Of a stretch of DNA of 64,000 bases, positions 19,097 to 28,962 are shown in pieces (positions within the stretch are counted from its first letter, which is position 1; each line of letters opens with the position of its first letter). This DNA is from an uncultured Prolixibacteraceae bacterium (GTDB lineage: Bacteria; Bacteroidota; Bacteroidia; Bacteroidales; FEN-979): contig CAZSDU010000006.1 in assembly GCA_964605775.1 (NCBI GenBank), positions 10,258-74,257 of the forward strand, in the 5' to 3' direction. The notes below the pieces were generated by a model that saw only the letters and a list, made by a program, of their open reading frames with translations, ran no database searches and had not been told where the DNA came from. The translations under genes were made by a program, and so were the position numbers.

Positions 19097-20284
19097 CTAT
19101 TCTGAAATTTTGTCCAATGCATGGATCAGCCTGTCGCATGCTTCGGTGATTTCTTCTTCAGAAATAGTAAGCGGGGGAGCTATCCGGAATGCTGACCTGA
19201 AAAGAAACCAATCAATAATGATTCCCTCATTTAGTGTTTCTAAGGATAATTTCTGTCGGTTTTTTTCATTGGCCAGATCAATGCCCATCATCAGTCCGGC
19301 CCTCCTGATTTTTTTGATGGCAGGATGGCCGGCGATTCGTTGTTCAATCTGAAATCCTTTTCTTTCAACCGTTTCTATCAGTTTGTTTTCAAGTAATACC
19401 ACAAGGCCTGCAAGACCCGCGGCACAACTTAGCGGATGCCCGCCAAAAGTGGTGATATGTCCAAGTTCCGGCTCATACGCGAGGGTCTGCATGATCTGGT
19501 GGGATGAAATAAAAGCGCCAAGAGGCAAGCCTGCTCCCAGCGCTTTGGCCAGCACCAGAATGTCTGGGAGAATATCATCATGCATATAGCTAAACAATTT
19601 ACCTGTTCTGCCAAATCCCATCTGAACATCATCAATGATCAGCAGTGCACCGGTTTCATTACAACGGTTTCTTAGTGCAGCTAAAAAGCCTGGTAAAGGC
19701 AGAATAATGCCGGCTTCCGCTTGTATGGCTTCACACACCACACAAGCAGTTTTTTCGGTAATCTTATCCAAATTTTCAAAATCATTGAAATCTAGTTGTC
19801 GGATGTCAGGTAACAATGGCCTGAATGCGTTTCTGAGGTTTTCATTCCCTAAAATACTTAATGCTCCCTGTGTGGAACCATGATAGGCATTTCTGAAAGA
19901 AATGAACTCAAACCGGCCTGTAAAACGTTTAGCAAGCTTCATCGCTCCCTCAATGGCTTCGCTTCCTGAATTGACAAAATATACCGTATCCAAAGGAGTA
20001 GCTGTAAGTTCGGAAAGTTTCTGGGCCAACAGAACCTGGGGAGATTGAATGAACTCCCCGTAGACATTCAGGTGAAGGTATTTTTCCGCCTGCTTCTGAA
20101 TGGCCTCAAGAACTTTCGGATGACGGTGACCGATATTGCTAACTGAGATTCCCGACACCATATCCATATAGGCTTTCCCATCCCGGCCATATAACCAGAT
20201 CCCCTCTGCACTGACAATATCCAATGCCATCGGATTGAATGATGGGAGTCCCATATGCCTGAAAAATATTTCGCGTTCAGTCAT
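19097..20284 (-). CDS. class III PLP aminotransferase (acetylornithine/omega-aminotransferase family)
   Basis: 395 aa. FVNSGSEAIEGAMKLA, IIDDVQMGFGRTG and LAKALGAG contain the PLP-Lys region. Confidence 0.85.
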   Translation of the reverse strand: MTEREIFFRHMGLPSFNPMALDIVSAEGIWLYGRDGKAYMDMVSGISVSNIGHRHPKVLEAIQKQAEKYLHLNVYGEFIQSPQVLLAQKLSELTATPLDTVYFVNSGSEAIEGAMKLAKRFTGRFEFISFRNAYHGSTQGALSILGNENLRNAFRPLLPDIRQLDFNDFENLDKITEKTACVVCEAIQAEAGIILPLPGFLAALRNRCNETGALLIIDDVQMGFGRTGKLFSYMHDDILPDILVLAKALGAGLPLGAFISSHQIMQTLAYEPELGHITTFGGHPLSCAAGLAGLVVLLENKLIETVERKGFQIEQRIAGHPAIKKIRRAGLMMGIDLANEKNRQKLSLETLNEGIIIDWFLFRSAFRIAPPLTISEEEITEACDRLIHALDKISE

Positions 20285-20355
20285 CAGATTTTTTCAACGA
20301 AGATACTAAATGAAAATATACATAAACTTCTTAATTTCGCCGTTTTGCTATCGAT

Positions 20356-21156
20356 ATGAAAAACAAAGTTATCATAATCACGGGTGCTTCTTCCGGGATC
20401 GGGAAAGCCCTCGCCATTGAATCCTTCAGCCGGGGCGCCAAGGTTGTTCTTGCAGCCAGAAATATCGAAAAACTGAGCGCCATTACAAACGAATGGGACA
20501 CCCAGAAATACCTTCTGGTACGAGCAGATGTTAGAAAAGAAAGCGATTGCCTGAACATCATCCAGTCTGCATCTGAGAAATTCGGACATATCAACATCCT
20601 CATCAATAATGCTGGAATTTCCATGCGCGCATTATTCGAAGAAGTTGATCTTGAAGTCATCCAAAATCTAATGAATACCAATTTCTGGGGGACAGTATAT
20701 TGTTCAAAATTTGCTTTACCTTATCTGTTACAAACCAAAGGATCCCTGGTCGGAGTTTCCTCTGTTGCTGGTTATAAAGGATTACCGGGAAGGGCAGGTT
20801 ATTCAGCTTCAAAATTCGCCATGCAAGGCTTCCTCGAAGTCCTGAGAATCGAAAATATGAAAAAGGAACTCCATGTACTCATCGCCTGCCCAGGTTTTAC
20901 GGCTTCCAATATCCGGAATGTGGCTTTATCAAAAGATGGAAGCCAGCAAGGTGAAACCCCTCTGGATGAAACTAAATTAATGTCGGCAGAAACGGTCGCA
21001 AAGCATATCATCAGGGCCATTGAAAAGAGAAAAGACAGGTTGGTACTGACTTCCCAGGGAAAAATGACCGTTTTGCTCAATAAATTCTTTCCTAAATTGA
21101 TGGACAAAATGGTTTATAACCACATGGCTAAAGAAACTGACTCACCCTTCAAATAA
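20356..21156 (+). CDS. SDR-family oxidoreductase
   Basis: ITGASSGIGKALA cofactor motif, NNAG, and YSASKFA catalytic YxxxK. Confidence 0.85.
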   Translation: MKNKVIIITGASSGIGKALAIESFSRGAKVVLAARNIEKLSAITNEWDTQKYLLVRADVRKESDCLNIIQSASEKFGHINILINNAGISMRALFEEVDLEVIQNLMNTNFWGTVYCSKFALPYLLQTKGSLVGVSSVAGYKGLPGRAGYSASKFAMQGFLEVLRIENMKKELHVLIACPGFTASNIRNVALSKDGSQQGETPLDETKLMSAETVAKHIIRAIEKRKDRLVLTSQGKMTVLLNKFFPKLMDKMVYNHMAKETDSPFK

Positions 21157-21190
21157 TTAATCAGGAAAATGATTTACAATTTATCTTCTA

Positions 21191-22096
21191 TTACTTACTT
21201 CTGGGATGAAATTGAATAATCGCACTTCTGAGATAATCTCGGTCCAGGTGAGTATAGATTTCAGTTGTTGTAATGGATTCATGACCAAGCATTTCCTGAA
21301 CAGCCCTAAGGTCTGCTCCTCCTTCAACAAGATGAGTGGCAAATGAATGCCGGAAGGTATGAGGACTGATATTTTTTTTAATTCCAGCCTTTCTGGCAAG
21401 TTCTTTGATGATCGTAAATATCATGACACGTGATAATTTCCTTCCTCTTCTGTTCAGGAATAATATGTCTTCATGACCATGTTTGACATTGACTAGAGGT
21501 CTTATCCTGTTGAGATAATGCAATATCTCTTCCCGGGCAATACTTCCGATAGGGATAAGTCTTTCCTTATCTCCTTTTCCTGTTATTTTAATAAAACTAT
21601 CCTTAAAAAATAAATTTGATATTCTAAGATGAATCAATTCAGATACACGAAGTCCGCAGCCATAGAGTGTTTCCATTATGGCTTTGTTACGTGCCCCTTC
21701 CATCGTACTTAAATCAATGGCTTGAATGATTCTATCGATCTCTTCCAAACTCAGGAAAACAGGTAATTTTCTTCCGATCTTTGGCGCATCAAGCAAACTT
21801 GTCGGATCCTGATGGATTAGGTTTTCGATCAATAAGTATTTATAAAATACTTTCAAACCGGAAATTATCCTTGCCTGTGTTCTGGGAGTCAGTTCAAGTT
21901 CGGATATCCAACGTATAAAATTTTGTAAATCAGAAAGTTTAACCTCACCGGGAGACAGGCTTGTTCCCGTGAGAGTAAAATATTGATTTAGCTTCTCCAC
22001 ATCATGAACATACGCCTTGACAGAATTTTCAGACAATGAACGCTCAAGTTGAAGATAGGTTTTGAACCCCCTGATAAAGGAATACCAGTCCGCCAT
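21191..22096 (-). CDS. xerD: site-specific tyrosine recombinase XerD
   Basis: 301 aa. HTFRHSFATHLVEGGADLRAVQEMLGHESITTTEIYTHL carries the HxxR and catalytic Tyr. An N-terminal SAM-like core-binding domain is present. Confidence 0.85.
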   Translation of the reverse strand: MADWYSFIRGFKTYLQLERSLSENSVKAYVHDVEKLNQYFTLTGTSLSPGEVKLSDLQNFIRWISELELTPRTQARIISGLKVFYKYLLIENLIHQDPTSLLDAPKIGRKLPVFLSLEEIDRIIQAIDLSTMEGARNKAIMETLYGCGLRVSELIHLRISNLFFKDSFIKITGKGDKERLIPIGSIAREEILHYLNRIRPLVNVKHGHEDILFLNRRGRKLSRVMIFTIIKELARKAGIKKNISPHTFRHSFATHLVEGGADLRAVQEMLGHESITTTEIYTHLDRDYLRSAIIQFHPRSK

Positions 22097-22153
22097 CCAT
22101 TGAAGATTTTAAGATGAATTCAGTCAATTAAAGAATAAAATTAGGAAAAAATT

Positions 22154-22184
22154 TTTGTTATTTCCACGGATTTTTTTAATTTTG
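22154..22184 (+). promoter_or_regulatory. Bacteroidota sigma-A type promoter for rpmG
   Basis: TTTG at 22154-22157, a 19-nt spacer, then TAATTTTG at 22177-22184. The ATG is 29 nt downstream. Confidence 0.5.
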
Positions 22185-22212
22185 CAGTCCTTTTAAATAA
22201 AGTGGGAATAAT

Positions 22213-22401
22213 ATGGCTAAGAAGAGTAAAGATCAAAGGATTCAGGTTATTCTGGAGTGTACGGAACAAAAGTCAAGCGGAGTTCCGGGAATTTCCAGAT
22301 ATATCACAACCAAAAACAAAAAGAACACACCTGAGAGATTGGAAATTAAAAAGTATAATTCCTACCTGAAAAAGGTGACCGTACATAAGGAAATTAAATA
22401 A
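22213..22401 (+). CDS. rpmG: 50S ribosomal protein L33
   Basis: 62 aa. [18 protein letters not shown]...[21 protein letters not shown] is a typical L33 sequence. Confidence 0.9.
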   Translation: MAKKSKDQRIQVILECTEQKSSGVPGISRYITTKNKKNTPERLEIKKYNSYLKKVTVHKEIK

Positions 22402-22409
22402 TATGCATT

Positions 22410-22571
22410 ATGGCAAAGAAAGTAGTTGCTAGTTTTAAAAGCTCGACGGGAAAAGATTTTACAAAAGTTATCCGTATGGTTAAATCCCAAAAATCAGGGG
22501 CTTATGTTTTCAAAGAAACCATCGTTCCCAACGATATGGTGAAAGACTTTTTAGCAAATAAAGACAATTAA
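22410..22571 (+). CDS. DUF4295 family small protein
   Basis: A 53-aa ORF absent from the track because it is under 60 aa: MAKKVVASFKSSTGKDFTKVIRMVKSQKSGAYVFKETIVPNDMVKDFLANKDN. It has the conserved Bacteroidota position directly after rpmG. Confidence 0.7.
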   Translation: MAKKVVASFKSSTGKDFTKVIRMVKSQKSGAYVFKETIVPNDMVKDFLANKDN

Positions 22572-22591
22572 ATCCGGTTGTTTTTGCAGAG

Positions 22592-22625
22592 AAAAGCTTT
22601 TTTCTGAGTGAAAAAAGCTTTTTTT
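22592..22625 (+). terminator. rho-independent terminator after rpmG-DUF4295
   Basis: Perfect 13-bp stem AAAAGCTTTTTTC (22592-22604) / GAAAAAAGCTTTT (22610-22622) with a 5-nt loop, then TTT. The stem is AT-rich, so its strength is uncertain. Confidence 0.6.
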
Positions 22626-22665
22626 GTATCATTAATGGTCAACACCCTCTTCAAAAAAAAAGTAT

Positions 22666-23616
22666 ATGGGTCTTTTTAATATTTTTTCAAAGGAAAAAAA
22701 AGATATCCTTGAAAAGGGGCTTCAGAAGACCAAGACCAATTTATTCTCGAGGCTATCCAAAGCCATTGTCGGAAAATCGAAAATCGATGATGAGGTACTC
22801 GATAATCTGGAGGAGATTCTTATTACTTCTGATGTCGGAGTCGAGACAACATTGCGTATCATTGAGCGGATTCAAGCCAGAGTGGCCAGGGAAAAATTTA
22901 TTGGTACAGCTGACCTGAATGCCGTTTTAAAAAACGAGATTGCTGACCTTCTTCTTGAAAACAACATGCTGGACTTCACCGAATTTGATGCACCGGAAGG
23001 TAAAAAACCTTATGTCATCATGGTTGTTGGAGTTAATGGCGTCGGAAAAACCACCACTATCGGAAAACTTGCATTTCAGTTTAAAAAAGCCGGAAAATCT
23101 GTCCTTCTGGGCGCAGCAGATACGTTTAGGGCTGCGGCTGTGGAACAGATTTCTATTTGGGCCGAAAGGGCAGGGGTGCCTGTTATAACCCAGGGCATGG
23201 GGGCTGATCCTGCCTCTGTTGCCTATGATACGGTTAAATCGGCCATCGCCAGAAATATCGATGTCGTGATCATTGATACAGCCGGTCGTTTACATAATAA
23301 AATAAACCTGATGAATGAATTGTCGAAAATCAGGAAAGTATTACAAAAGGTGATTCCTGATGCACCCCATGAAATCCTGCTGATTCTTGATGCATCCACG
23401 GGTCAGAATGCCTTTGAGCAAGCCAGACAATTCACTTCAGCCACCGAAGTCAATGCCATAGCCCTGACAAAACTTGACGGAACCGCAAAAGGCGGTGTGG
23501 TAATCGGAATCTCCGACCAATTCAAAATCCCGGTCAAATACATTGGCGTTGGAGAAACCATGGAAGACCTCCAGGTATTCAACCGTCTTGAGTTTGTTGA
23601 TAGTCTTTTTACTTAG
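22666..23616 (+). CDS. ftsY: signal recognition particle receptor FtsY
   Basis: SRP GTPase motifs GVNGVGKTTTIGK, DTAGR and TKLDGTAKGG. Confidence 0.9.
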   Translation: MGLFNIFSKEKKDILEKGLQKTKTNLFSRLSKAIVGKSKIDDEVLDNLEEILITSDVGVETTLRIIERIQARVAREKFIGTADLNAVLKNEIADLLLENNMLDFTEFDAPEGKKPYVIMVVGVNGVGKTTTIGKLAFQFKKAGKSVLLGAADTFRAAAVEQISIWAERAGVPVITQGMGADPASVAYDTVKSAIARNIDVVIIDTAGRLHNKINLMNELSKIRKVLQKVIPDAPHEILLILDASTGQNAFEQARQFTSATEVNAIALTKLDGTAKGGVVIGISDQFKIPVKYIGVGETMEDLQVFNRLEFVDSLFT

Positions 23617-23632
23617 TCACCTGATATTGATT

Positions 23633-24943
23633 ATGAAAACATTAACACGCTCTAAAAAAATCGGGATGGTGTCGCTGGGGTGTGCCAAGAACCTTGTGGA
23701 TACAGAGCGTTTAATGAAACAAATGGAGGCCAACCATTTCACCCTCATTCCTGATCCATCGGAAAATGATCAGATTGACGTTATCATTATCAATACTTGC
23801 GGATTTATCACGGATGCCAAACAGGAATCCATTGATGCCATCCTTCAGTTTGTCAGGGCAAAAGAATCTGGTCTCGTTAAGGAAATCTTCGTGATGGGTT
23901 GTCTCACTCAACGTTATGGCACAAGGCTTGCCCACGAAATCCCTGAAGTTGATGGTTTTTTTGGCATTGCTGATCATGAAAAAATAATTTCCCGGCTGGG
24001 TGGCCATTACAAGTTTGAATTAATTGGTGAACGACGAATTTCAACCCCGGCACATTATGCTTATCTTAAAATTGCCGAAGGCTGTGACCGTCAATGCTCC
24101 TTTTGTGTCATTCCGTCAATCCGGGGAAAGCATGTTTCCCGATCCATGAATGAAATTCTGATCGAAGCACACAAACTCGCCGACAGCGGAGTTAAGGAAT
24201 TGATCCTTATTTCCCAGGATACTACCTATTACGGACTTGACCTGAATAAGAAAAGACAACTTCCCGAGCTCCTTAAAAAACTCTCAGATATACCTGTATT
24301 TGAATGGATCAGGCTTCATTACACATTTCCCGCCGGATTTCCCATGGAGATCCTTCAGATCATGAAACATGCACCCAACATCTGCCAGTACATTGATATT
24401 CCCTTACAGCATGCCAGTACCAGAATACTGAAATCAATGAAGCGGAATATGAGCTTTGAAAAAAGCAGTGAACTTGTATTAAAAATCAGGGACATGCTCC
24501 CGGAGGCCGCCATCCGGACCACTTTTATCGTGGGATATCCAGGAGAAACGGATAATGAATATGCAGAACTTGAACGATTTGTTAAAAATTGCAAATTTGA
24601 AAGAATGGGGGTATTCACCTATTCCCATGAAGAAGGTAGCGGTGCTTATACGCTAAAAGATAATGTCCCTGCAACAGTTAAGAAGCAAAGAGTAGCTAAA
24701 CTGATGCACATCCAGGAAGAAATATCATACGCTTCGAATACAAAGAAAATAGGAAGGACCATGAAGGTGGTTATCGATGCTCTCGAAAATGAGCATTATA
24801 TCGGCCGGTCTGAGTTTGATTCTCCGGAAATCGACAATGAAGTTTTAATTAAAAAGTCGAATAGAACCCTTCAAATTGGAAATTTCTATCCAGTGAAAAT
24901 TATTCACGCAGGTAATTTTGAATTATTTGCCGAACTCATTTAA
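23633..24943 (+). CDS. rimO: ribosomal protein S12 methylthiotransferase RimO
   Basis: UPF0004 N-domain (SLGCAKN, INTCGF), radical SAM CDRQCSFC and a TRAM C-terminus. The track start at 23543 overlaps ftsY, and the ATG at 23633 gives MKTLTRSKKIGMVSLGC. Confidence 0.9.
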   Translation: MKTLTRSKKIGMVSLGCAKNLVDTERLMKQMEANHFTLIPDPSENDQIDVIIINTCGFITDAKQESIDAILQFVRAKESGLVKEIFVMGCLTQRYGTRLAHEIPEVDGFFGIADHEKIISRLGGHYKFELIGERRISTPAHYAYLKIAEGCDRQCSFCVIPSIRGKHVSRSMNEILIEAHKLADSGVKELILISQDTTYYGLDLNKKRQLPELLKKLSDIPVFEWIRLHYTFPAGFPMEILQIMKHAPNICQYIDIPLQHASTRILKSMKRNMSFEKSSELVLKIRDMLPEAAIRTTFIVGYPGETDNEYAELERFVKNCKFERMGVFTYSHEEGSGAYTLKDNVPATVKKQRVAKLMHIQEEISYASNTKKIGRTMKVVIDALENEHYIGRSEFDSPEIDNEVLIKKSNRTLQIGNFYPVKIIHAGNFELFAELI

Positions 24944-24970
24944 TTTTGCAGACCTAATAAACATAAAACC

Positions 24971-25750
24971 ATGAAAAATATTATCCTCTTGCTGTTTGTC
25001 ATGATTATTGTGACACCCTCTTTCCTGAATGCCCAGGTAAAACCTGTGGATGGCATGCTCAATGATACCATAAACAGGTGGGATGAGAAAAAAATGAAAA
25101 CCGGATACTGGGAGGAGAAACTTGGAGAATTAACCTTAAAAGGTTTTTATGTCAGTAATCAGAAAACAGGTAATTGGGCCTCTTTTTATGCAAACAATAC
25201 CTTATCTAAACTTGAATATTTTTCAAATGGAGTCAGGGATGGAATTTCCATTCAGTTTGACCGCAGAAGTAAAATTTCCCAATTGGAATATTACAAGAAT
25301 GGCCTTCTTCATGGACCTTCAGTGACCTACAACCAGTATACTGATTACCCTTCGTCAGAATCACATTACCTCAATGGTAAAAAAAATGGAGTGACCCGTT
25401 TGTTTTATGACAATAATAAGCTTCAGGAAGAATCATATTATAAGGATGATTTGAAAGACGGATCTTCCAAATGGTTTGATAAAAATGGCAGAACCCTGGC
25501 TGAATATAATTATAAAATGGGAAAATTTGAAGGCTTGCAAAAAACCTTTTATGAAAATGATACCATTCAGTCCCTGGTGACGTATATAAATGATCAGATG
25601 TCAGGCCCCACCAATGAATATTACAGGAATGGCGTGCTTAAAACTTCTGGTCAGTTTGTGAATGGTCTTAAAGAAGGGACCTGGACGGAGTACGATGAAA
25701 CCGGCAAGGCCATTAAAATAATTAAATATAAAGCAGGGATTGTCAAATGA
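24971..25750 (+). CDS. secreted MORN-variant repeat protein (YwqK family)
   Basis: Signal peptide plus repeated G.W..(Y/F)Y.NG.L modules (GYWEE, GNWASFY, GPSVTY, GVTRLFY, GSSKWF, GLQKTFY, GTWTEY). Confidence 0.7.
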   Translation: MKNIILLLFVMIIVTPSFLNAQVKPVDGMLNDTINRWDEKKMKTGYWEEKLGELTLKGFYVSNQKTGNWASFYANNTLSKLEYFSNGVRDGISIQFDRRSKISQLEYYKNGLLHGPSVTYNQYTDYPSSESHYLNGKKNGVTRLFYDNNKLQEESYYKDDLKDGSSKWFDKNGRTLAEYNYKMGKFEGLQKTFYENDTIQSLVTYINDQMSGPTNEYYRNGVLKTSGQFVNGLKEGTWTEYDETGKAIKIIKYKAGIVK

Positions 25751-26178
25751 AAAAGATTGAAAACCCCTATTTACATCTTGAGGGTTATTATTGTTTCGGA
25801 TGTGCCCCTGACAATCCCAACGGACTTCATATGAACTTTCAGGAAGGGGCAGAGGAAGAAATAATCTCTGTATGGGAGCCAACTCCTTTTTTCCAGGGTT
25901 ACCTGAATGTTTTACATGGGGGGATTCAGGCAACGTTGATGGATGAAATCGCAAGCTGGACTGTTTATGCCAAATTAAACATCTCAGGAGTGACTTCCAA
26001 AGCTGAAATCCGTTACAAAAAAGCCGTTTATATTGACCAGGGCCCAATAACACTGAAAGCCATCCTTGTGAGAATGCGAAAAAACCTGGCAGATGTTTCT
26101 GTTAAACTCTATTCATCAAAAGGGGAACTGTCAGCAGAAGGGAACTTTACGTTTTTTACTTTCCCAAAGTCCACCTAG
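25747..26178 (+). CDS. PaaI-family hotdog-fold thioesterase
   Basis: 143 aa. N-terminal CFGCAPDNPNGLHM and LHGGIQATLMDE are typical of this family. The start overlaps the upstream stop (ATGA at 25747-25750). Confidence 0.65.
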   Translation: MKKIENPYLHLEGYYCFGCAPDNPNGLHMNFQEGAEEEIISVWEPTPFFQGYLNVLHGGIQATLMDEIASWTVYAKLNISGVTSKAEIRYKKAVYIDQGPITLKAILVRMRKNLADVSVKLYSSKGELSAEGNFTFFTFPKST

Positions 26179-26399
26179 AATTTCCTGCTATTTCTGATGA
26201 CATAATCTTTTCTGACCGGCTTGGATTTGAAGTTGTACCTAAGGTTGTAATTATTCCGGTTCTTTTTGATCTTCACCATTTTCTGCTGATTGTTCGTATT
26301 GCAAAGAGTCATTCTGGATTTGCAGGATACAAGAACAGAGCCTATTAGAAAATTCAATATAAAGATGAAGGAGAAACGAAATAACCATTTTGACTTCAT
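26175..26399 (-). CDS. small basic lipoprotein, hypothetical
   Basis: MKSKWLFRFSFIFILNFLIGSVLVSCK is a signal plus lipobox, followed by a very basic tail. I recall no homology, so it may not be a real gene. Confidence 0.35.
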   Translation of the reverse strand: MKSKWLFRFSFIFILNFLIGSVLVSCKSRMTLCNTNNQQKMVKIKKNRNNYNLRYNFKSKPVRKDYVIRNSRKF

Positions 26400-26539
26400 A
26401 GCAGAGAAAATCATCTTTAAAGCGCTTACAAATTTATTAAATATCTGGTTTCGGGAAGAAAAAAATTTTACTTTTGCAGGATTACGTCAAATCTACTCAG
26501 GAATATTAAGGAATTGATTATCAATTAAAAATTTCGAAT

Positions 26540-27853
26540 ATGAAAAAAATAACCATGCACAAATCAATCCGGATCACGCTGACCCTTATCATACTTGCAT
26601 CATTTCAATTAAATGCTCAGAAAAATGAATGGCTGAACCAGGTCATAACCGTTAATAGCGGTAAATATGAGACTACTCCTCCTTTTGTGGATTATGTTAC
26701 TGTACAAACCTATAATCCTGTAAATCATCAAACCTTGATTTTTGATAGAATCTATACCCAGTCTGCCCAGGACGTTGTCATTAAGGGTGATTATGCCTAT
26801 GTTGCTGCAGGGGATTCCCTTATCATGTATAATATCAATAACCATCAACGGGTGGTTGCAAAATCTGACTCTGGCATTAATAAGCTCTATGTTTATAATA
26901 ATCGCTTGATTGTCAGTAAACAATGGCCTATCAAACGCTTCTTCGTAGAAGTCCTTGATGCCACTGATCTTTCTCTGGTTGCCAGAATTCAGAATATTTC
27001 AGGGGATTGTGCGGGAATTGTTGCTGATGGAGATTCCATTTATATTGCAGTTCCAGGGGGTTTCGGAACAACTGTTGGGAAAATTGCCGTGCTGAGCACC
27101 AACCCCTGGTCATTGGTCAGAGAAATCAACCTGGGGACTGATGCCCTTGGAATTTGGAACCTGTATAATTTTAATGGTCATATTTTTTCTGTTAACCGTA
27201 CCCTGATCGGTGGAAATCCAATCGGAAGCATTTCAAGATATACTTTGTATACATATACATACTTAAACAAAGTCTTTAATGTGACCCTGGGGGATGGCAT
27301 TGGCATATATAATAACCTGCTCTATGTAAACATGAATAACGGGATAGGAACCATCAATCTGTCCAACCTTCTGATTGCAGATACCGCCTTGATTCCTGAC
27401 CTTGGATTCGTAAACCGGATTTTCATTACATCGGGTGGAATTGAATATGTTAACGGAGATATCTTTCTTAATATAGGCAATAGAATTAATTTTGGAGTTT
27501 GCGTTCAGTATACCTCCTCCGGCGATTCAATTTCTTCCTATGTGACCGGAATCAATGCCGATGCCCTGGCTTTCGATTACAGAACTCCTGTTGGGATTGA
27601 TAATGTTTCTGAAAAAATTAACCTGGAGTTTTATCCAAATCCTGTTCGAGATGATGTCTGGATTAGCATTCCCGGCAATATTTCAATGACTGACATTGAA
27701 ATCTCTGATCTGATGGGTAAATCCTGTATTAGAGAACAAGTCAATGGTAAAAATTTAATCAGTATCAGTTGTACAGACTTGAAACCTGGTATTTATTTTA
27801 TCACTGTATGGACCAGCCAGGGAAAATGCACTAAAAAATTTGTTAAACATTAG
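26540..27853 (+). CDS. T9SS-secreted beta-propeller-like surface protein (YncE/DUF5074-like N-region)
   Basis: Signal peptide is present. Repeated blade-like segments (GDYAYVAAGDSL, NNRLIVS, DGDSIYIAV, NGHIFSV, NNLLYVN) follow. The C-terminal FYPNPVRDDVWISI...GIYFITVWTSQGKCTKKFVKH is a T9SS sorting domain. Confidence 0.7.
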   Translation: MKKITMHKSIRITLTLIILASFQLNAQKNEWLNQVITVNSGKYETTPPFVDYVTVQTYNPVNHQTLIFDRIYTQSAQDVVIKGDYAYVAAGDSLIMYNINNHQRVVAKSDSGINKLYVYNNRLIVSKQWPIKRFFVEVLDATDLSLVARIQNISGDCAGIVADGDSIYIAVPGGFGTTVGKIAVLSTNPWSLVREINLGTDALGIWNLYNFNGHIFSVNRTLIGGNPIGSISRYTLYTYTYLNKVFNVTLGDGIGIYNNLLYVNMNNGIGTINLSNLLIADTALIPDLGFVNRIFITSGGIEYVNGDIFLNIGNRINFGVCVQYTSSGDSISSYVTGINADALAFDYRTPVGIDNVSEKINLEFYPNPVRDDVWISIPGNISMTDIEISDLMGKSCIREQVNGKNLISISCTDLKPGIYFITVWTSQGKCTKKFVKH

Positions 27854-27893
27854 GAGTCATATATTCTTCATTTCCGTTGTTTAAGTATTTACA

Positions 27894-28898
27894 ATGAAAT
27901 TATTAGCAGAATATCTGATCTTCATAATCGTTTTATCCTGCGGCATAACTTCAGCAAGTTTTTCACAGTTTCCGCCTCCTGCCGGTCAAGTCGGCTCGAC
28001 TGCCATTCATTGTGACAGCTCTATTTTCATAGGCTGGGCAAAATCATGTACAGCGAACAGGGGATATATAAATGTTGCCGATACCAGCGAGTATTACGGA
28101 GGTTCCAATAGGGCTTCCTATGGGAACGAATACATGACCTCTGATAAAGCTGATAACTTTGTGCTGAGCCTTGGCGATGGAGGATCAGCAACACTGTCGT
28201 TTGAAAACCCGATGTCCAATGGACCTGGCTTTGATTTTGCCGTGTTTGAAAATAGTTTTGGAGATGAATTTCTGGAACTTGCTTTTATTGAAGTCAGTTC
28301 TGATGGAATTCGTTTTGTAAGGTTTCCATCGGTTTCTTTGACTCAGTCAGATATTCAAACCAATACATTTGGAACCATTGACGCTACAAAAATCCATAAT
28401 CTGGCGGGGAAATACCGTGTATTGTTTGGTACCCCTTTCGACCTCGATGACCTGAAGGATAGTGTAGACATCGATCTTAATCATGTTGTGAAAATAAGGG
28501 TAATCGATGTTGTAGGCTGCATCCAGAATGAATTTGCAACAAGAGATGGCAGCGGAAATATCATTAACGATCCATGGCCAACACCATTTAATACAGGAGG
28601 ATTTGATCTGGATGCCATCGGGGTGATCCACTTTGCAAGTCAGGGAGTAAATGATTCTCAACCATTACTGGACATACAGGTCTTTCCGAATCCTGTTTCA
28701 GACTGGCTGACTATCCATGTTTCAGGTCATCACCTCTTGAGCCTGAAAATCCTGGATCTATCTGGAAGAATTCTGCACCAATTACCCATAGAACAGCATT
28801 CAAAGATTGACCTGAAATCTTTTCCTCAGGGGATTTATCTGTTACAATTCTCAACGCCTGAGGGTCAATCGTTTTTCAGAAAACTTTCCAAACTTTAA
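27894..28898 (+). CDS. T9SS-secreted cell-surface protein, unknown beta-sandwich domain
   Basis: Signal peptide is present. The conserved-looking core is GPGFDFAVFENSFGDEFLELAFIEVSSDG. The C-terminal FPNPVSDWLTIHV...GIYLLQFSTPEGQSFFRKLSKL is a T9SS sorting domain. Confidence 0.7.
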   Translation: MKLLAEYLIFIIVLSCGITSASFSQFPPPAGQVGSTAIHCDSSIFIGWAKSCTANRGYINVADTSEYYGGSNRASYGNEYMTSDKADNFVLSLGDGGSATLSFENPMSNGPGFDFAVFENSFGDEFLELAFIEVSSDGIRFVRFPSVSLTQSDIQTNTFGTIDATKIHNLAGKYRVLFGTPFDLDDLKDSVDIDLNHVVKIRVIDVVGCIQNEFATRDGSGNIINDPWPTPFNTGGFDLDAIGVIHFASQGVNDSQPLLDIQVFPNPVSDWLTIHVSGHHLLSLKILDLSGRILHQLPIEQHSKIDLKSFPQGIYLLQFSTPEGQSFFRKLSKL

Positions 28899-28962
28899 AC
28901 TGCTGAAAAACCTTAGATTCATTTTATTCCTTGCCGCGATCTCCGGTATCTGTTCCGGCCTG

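Noticed and set aside
21191-22096. The tyrosine recombinase as the integrase of a mobile element or genomic island
   Set aside because: Its length, N-terminal core-binding domain and C-terminal motif pattern fit housekeeping XerD. Its neighbours are an SDR and ribosomal protein genes. I noticed no flanking direct repeats, tRNA target or cargo genes.
24971-25750. The YwqK-family 'antitoxin' as part of a toxin-antitoxin or defence module
   Set aside because: The protein has a signal peptide and MORN-like repeats. Its only coupled neighbour is a hotdog thioesterase, and no toxin-like gene is adjacent. The family name is historical.
26415-28962. Assigning the TonB receptor / beta-propeller locus to vitamin B12 uptake (BtuB-BtuG-like)
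   Set aside because: I found no cobalamin-riboswitch-like sequence (B12 box, GCCACUG core) upstream of 26540 or of the receptor gene. The propeller similarity to BtuG is only a recollection of fold and architecture. The ligand is left open.
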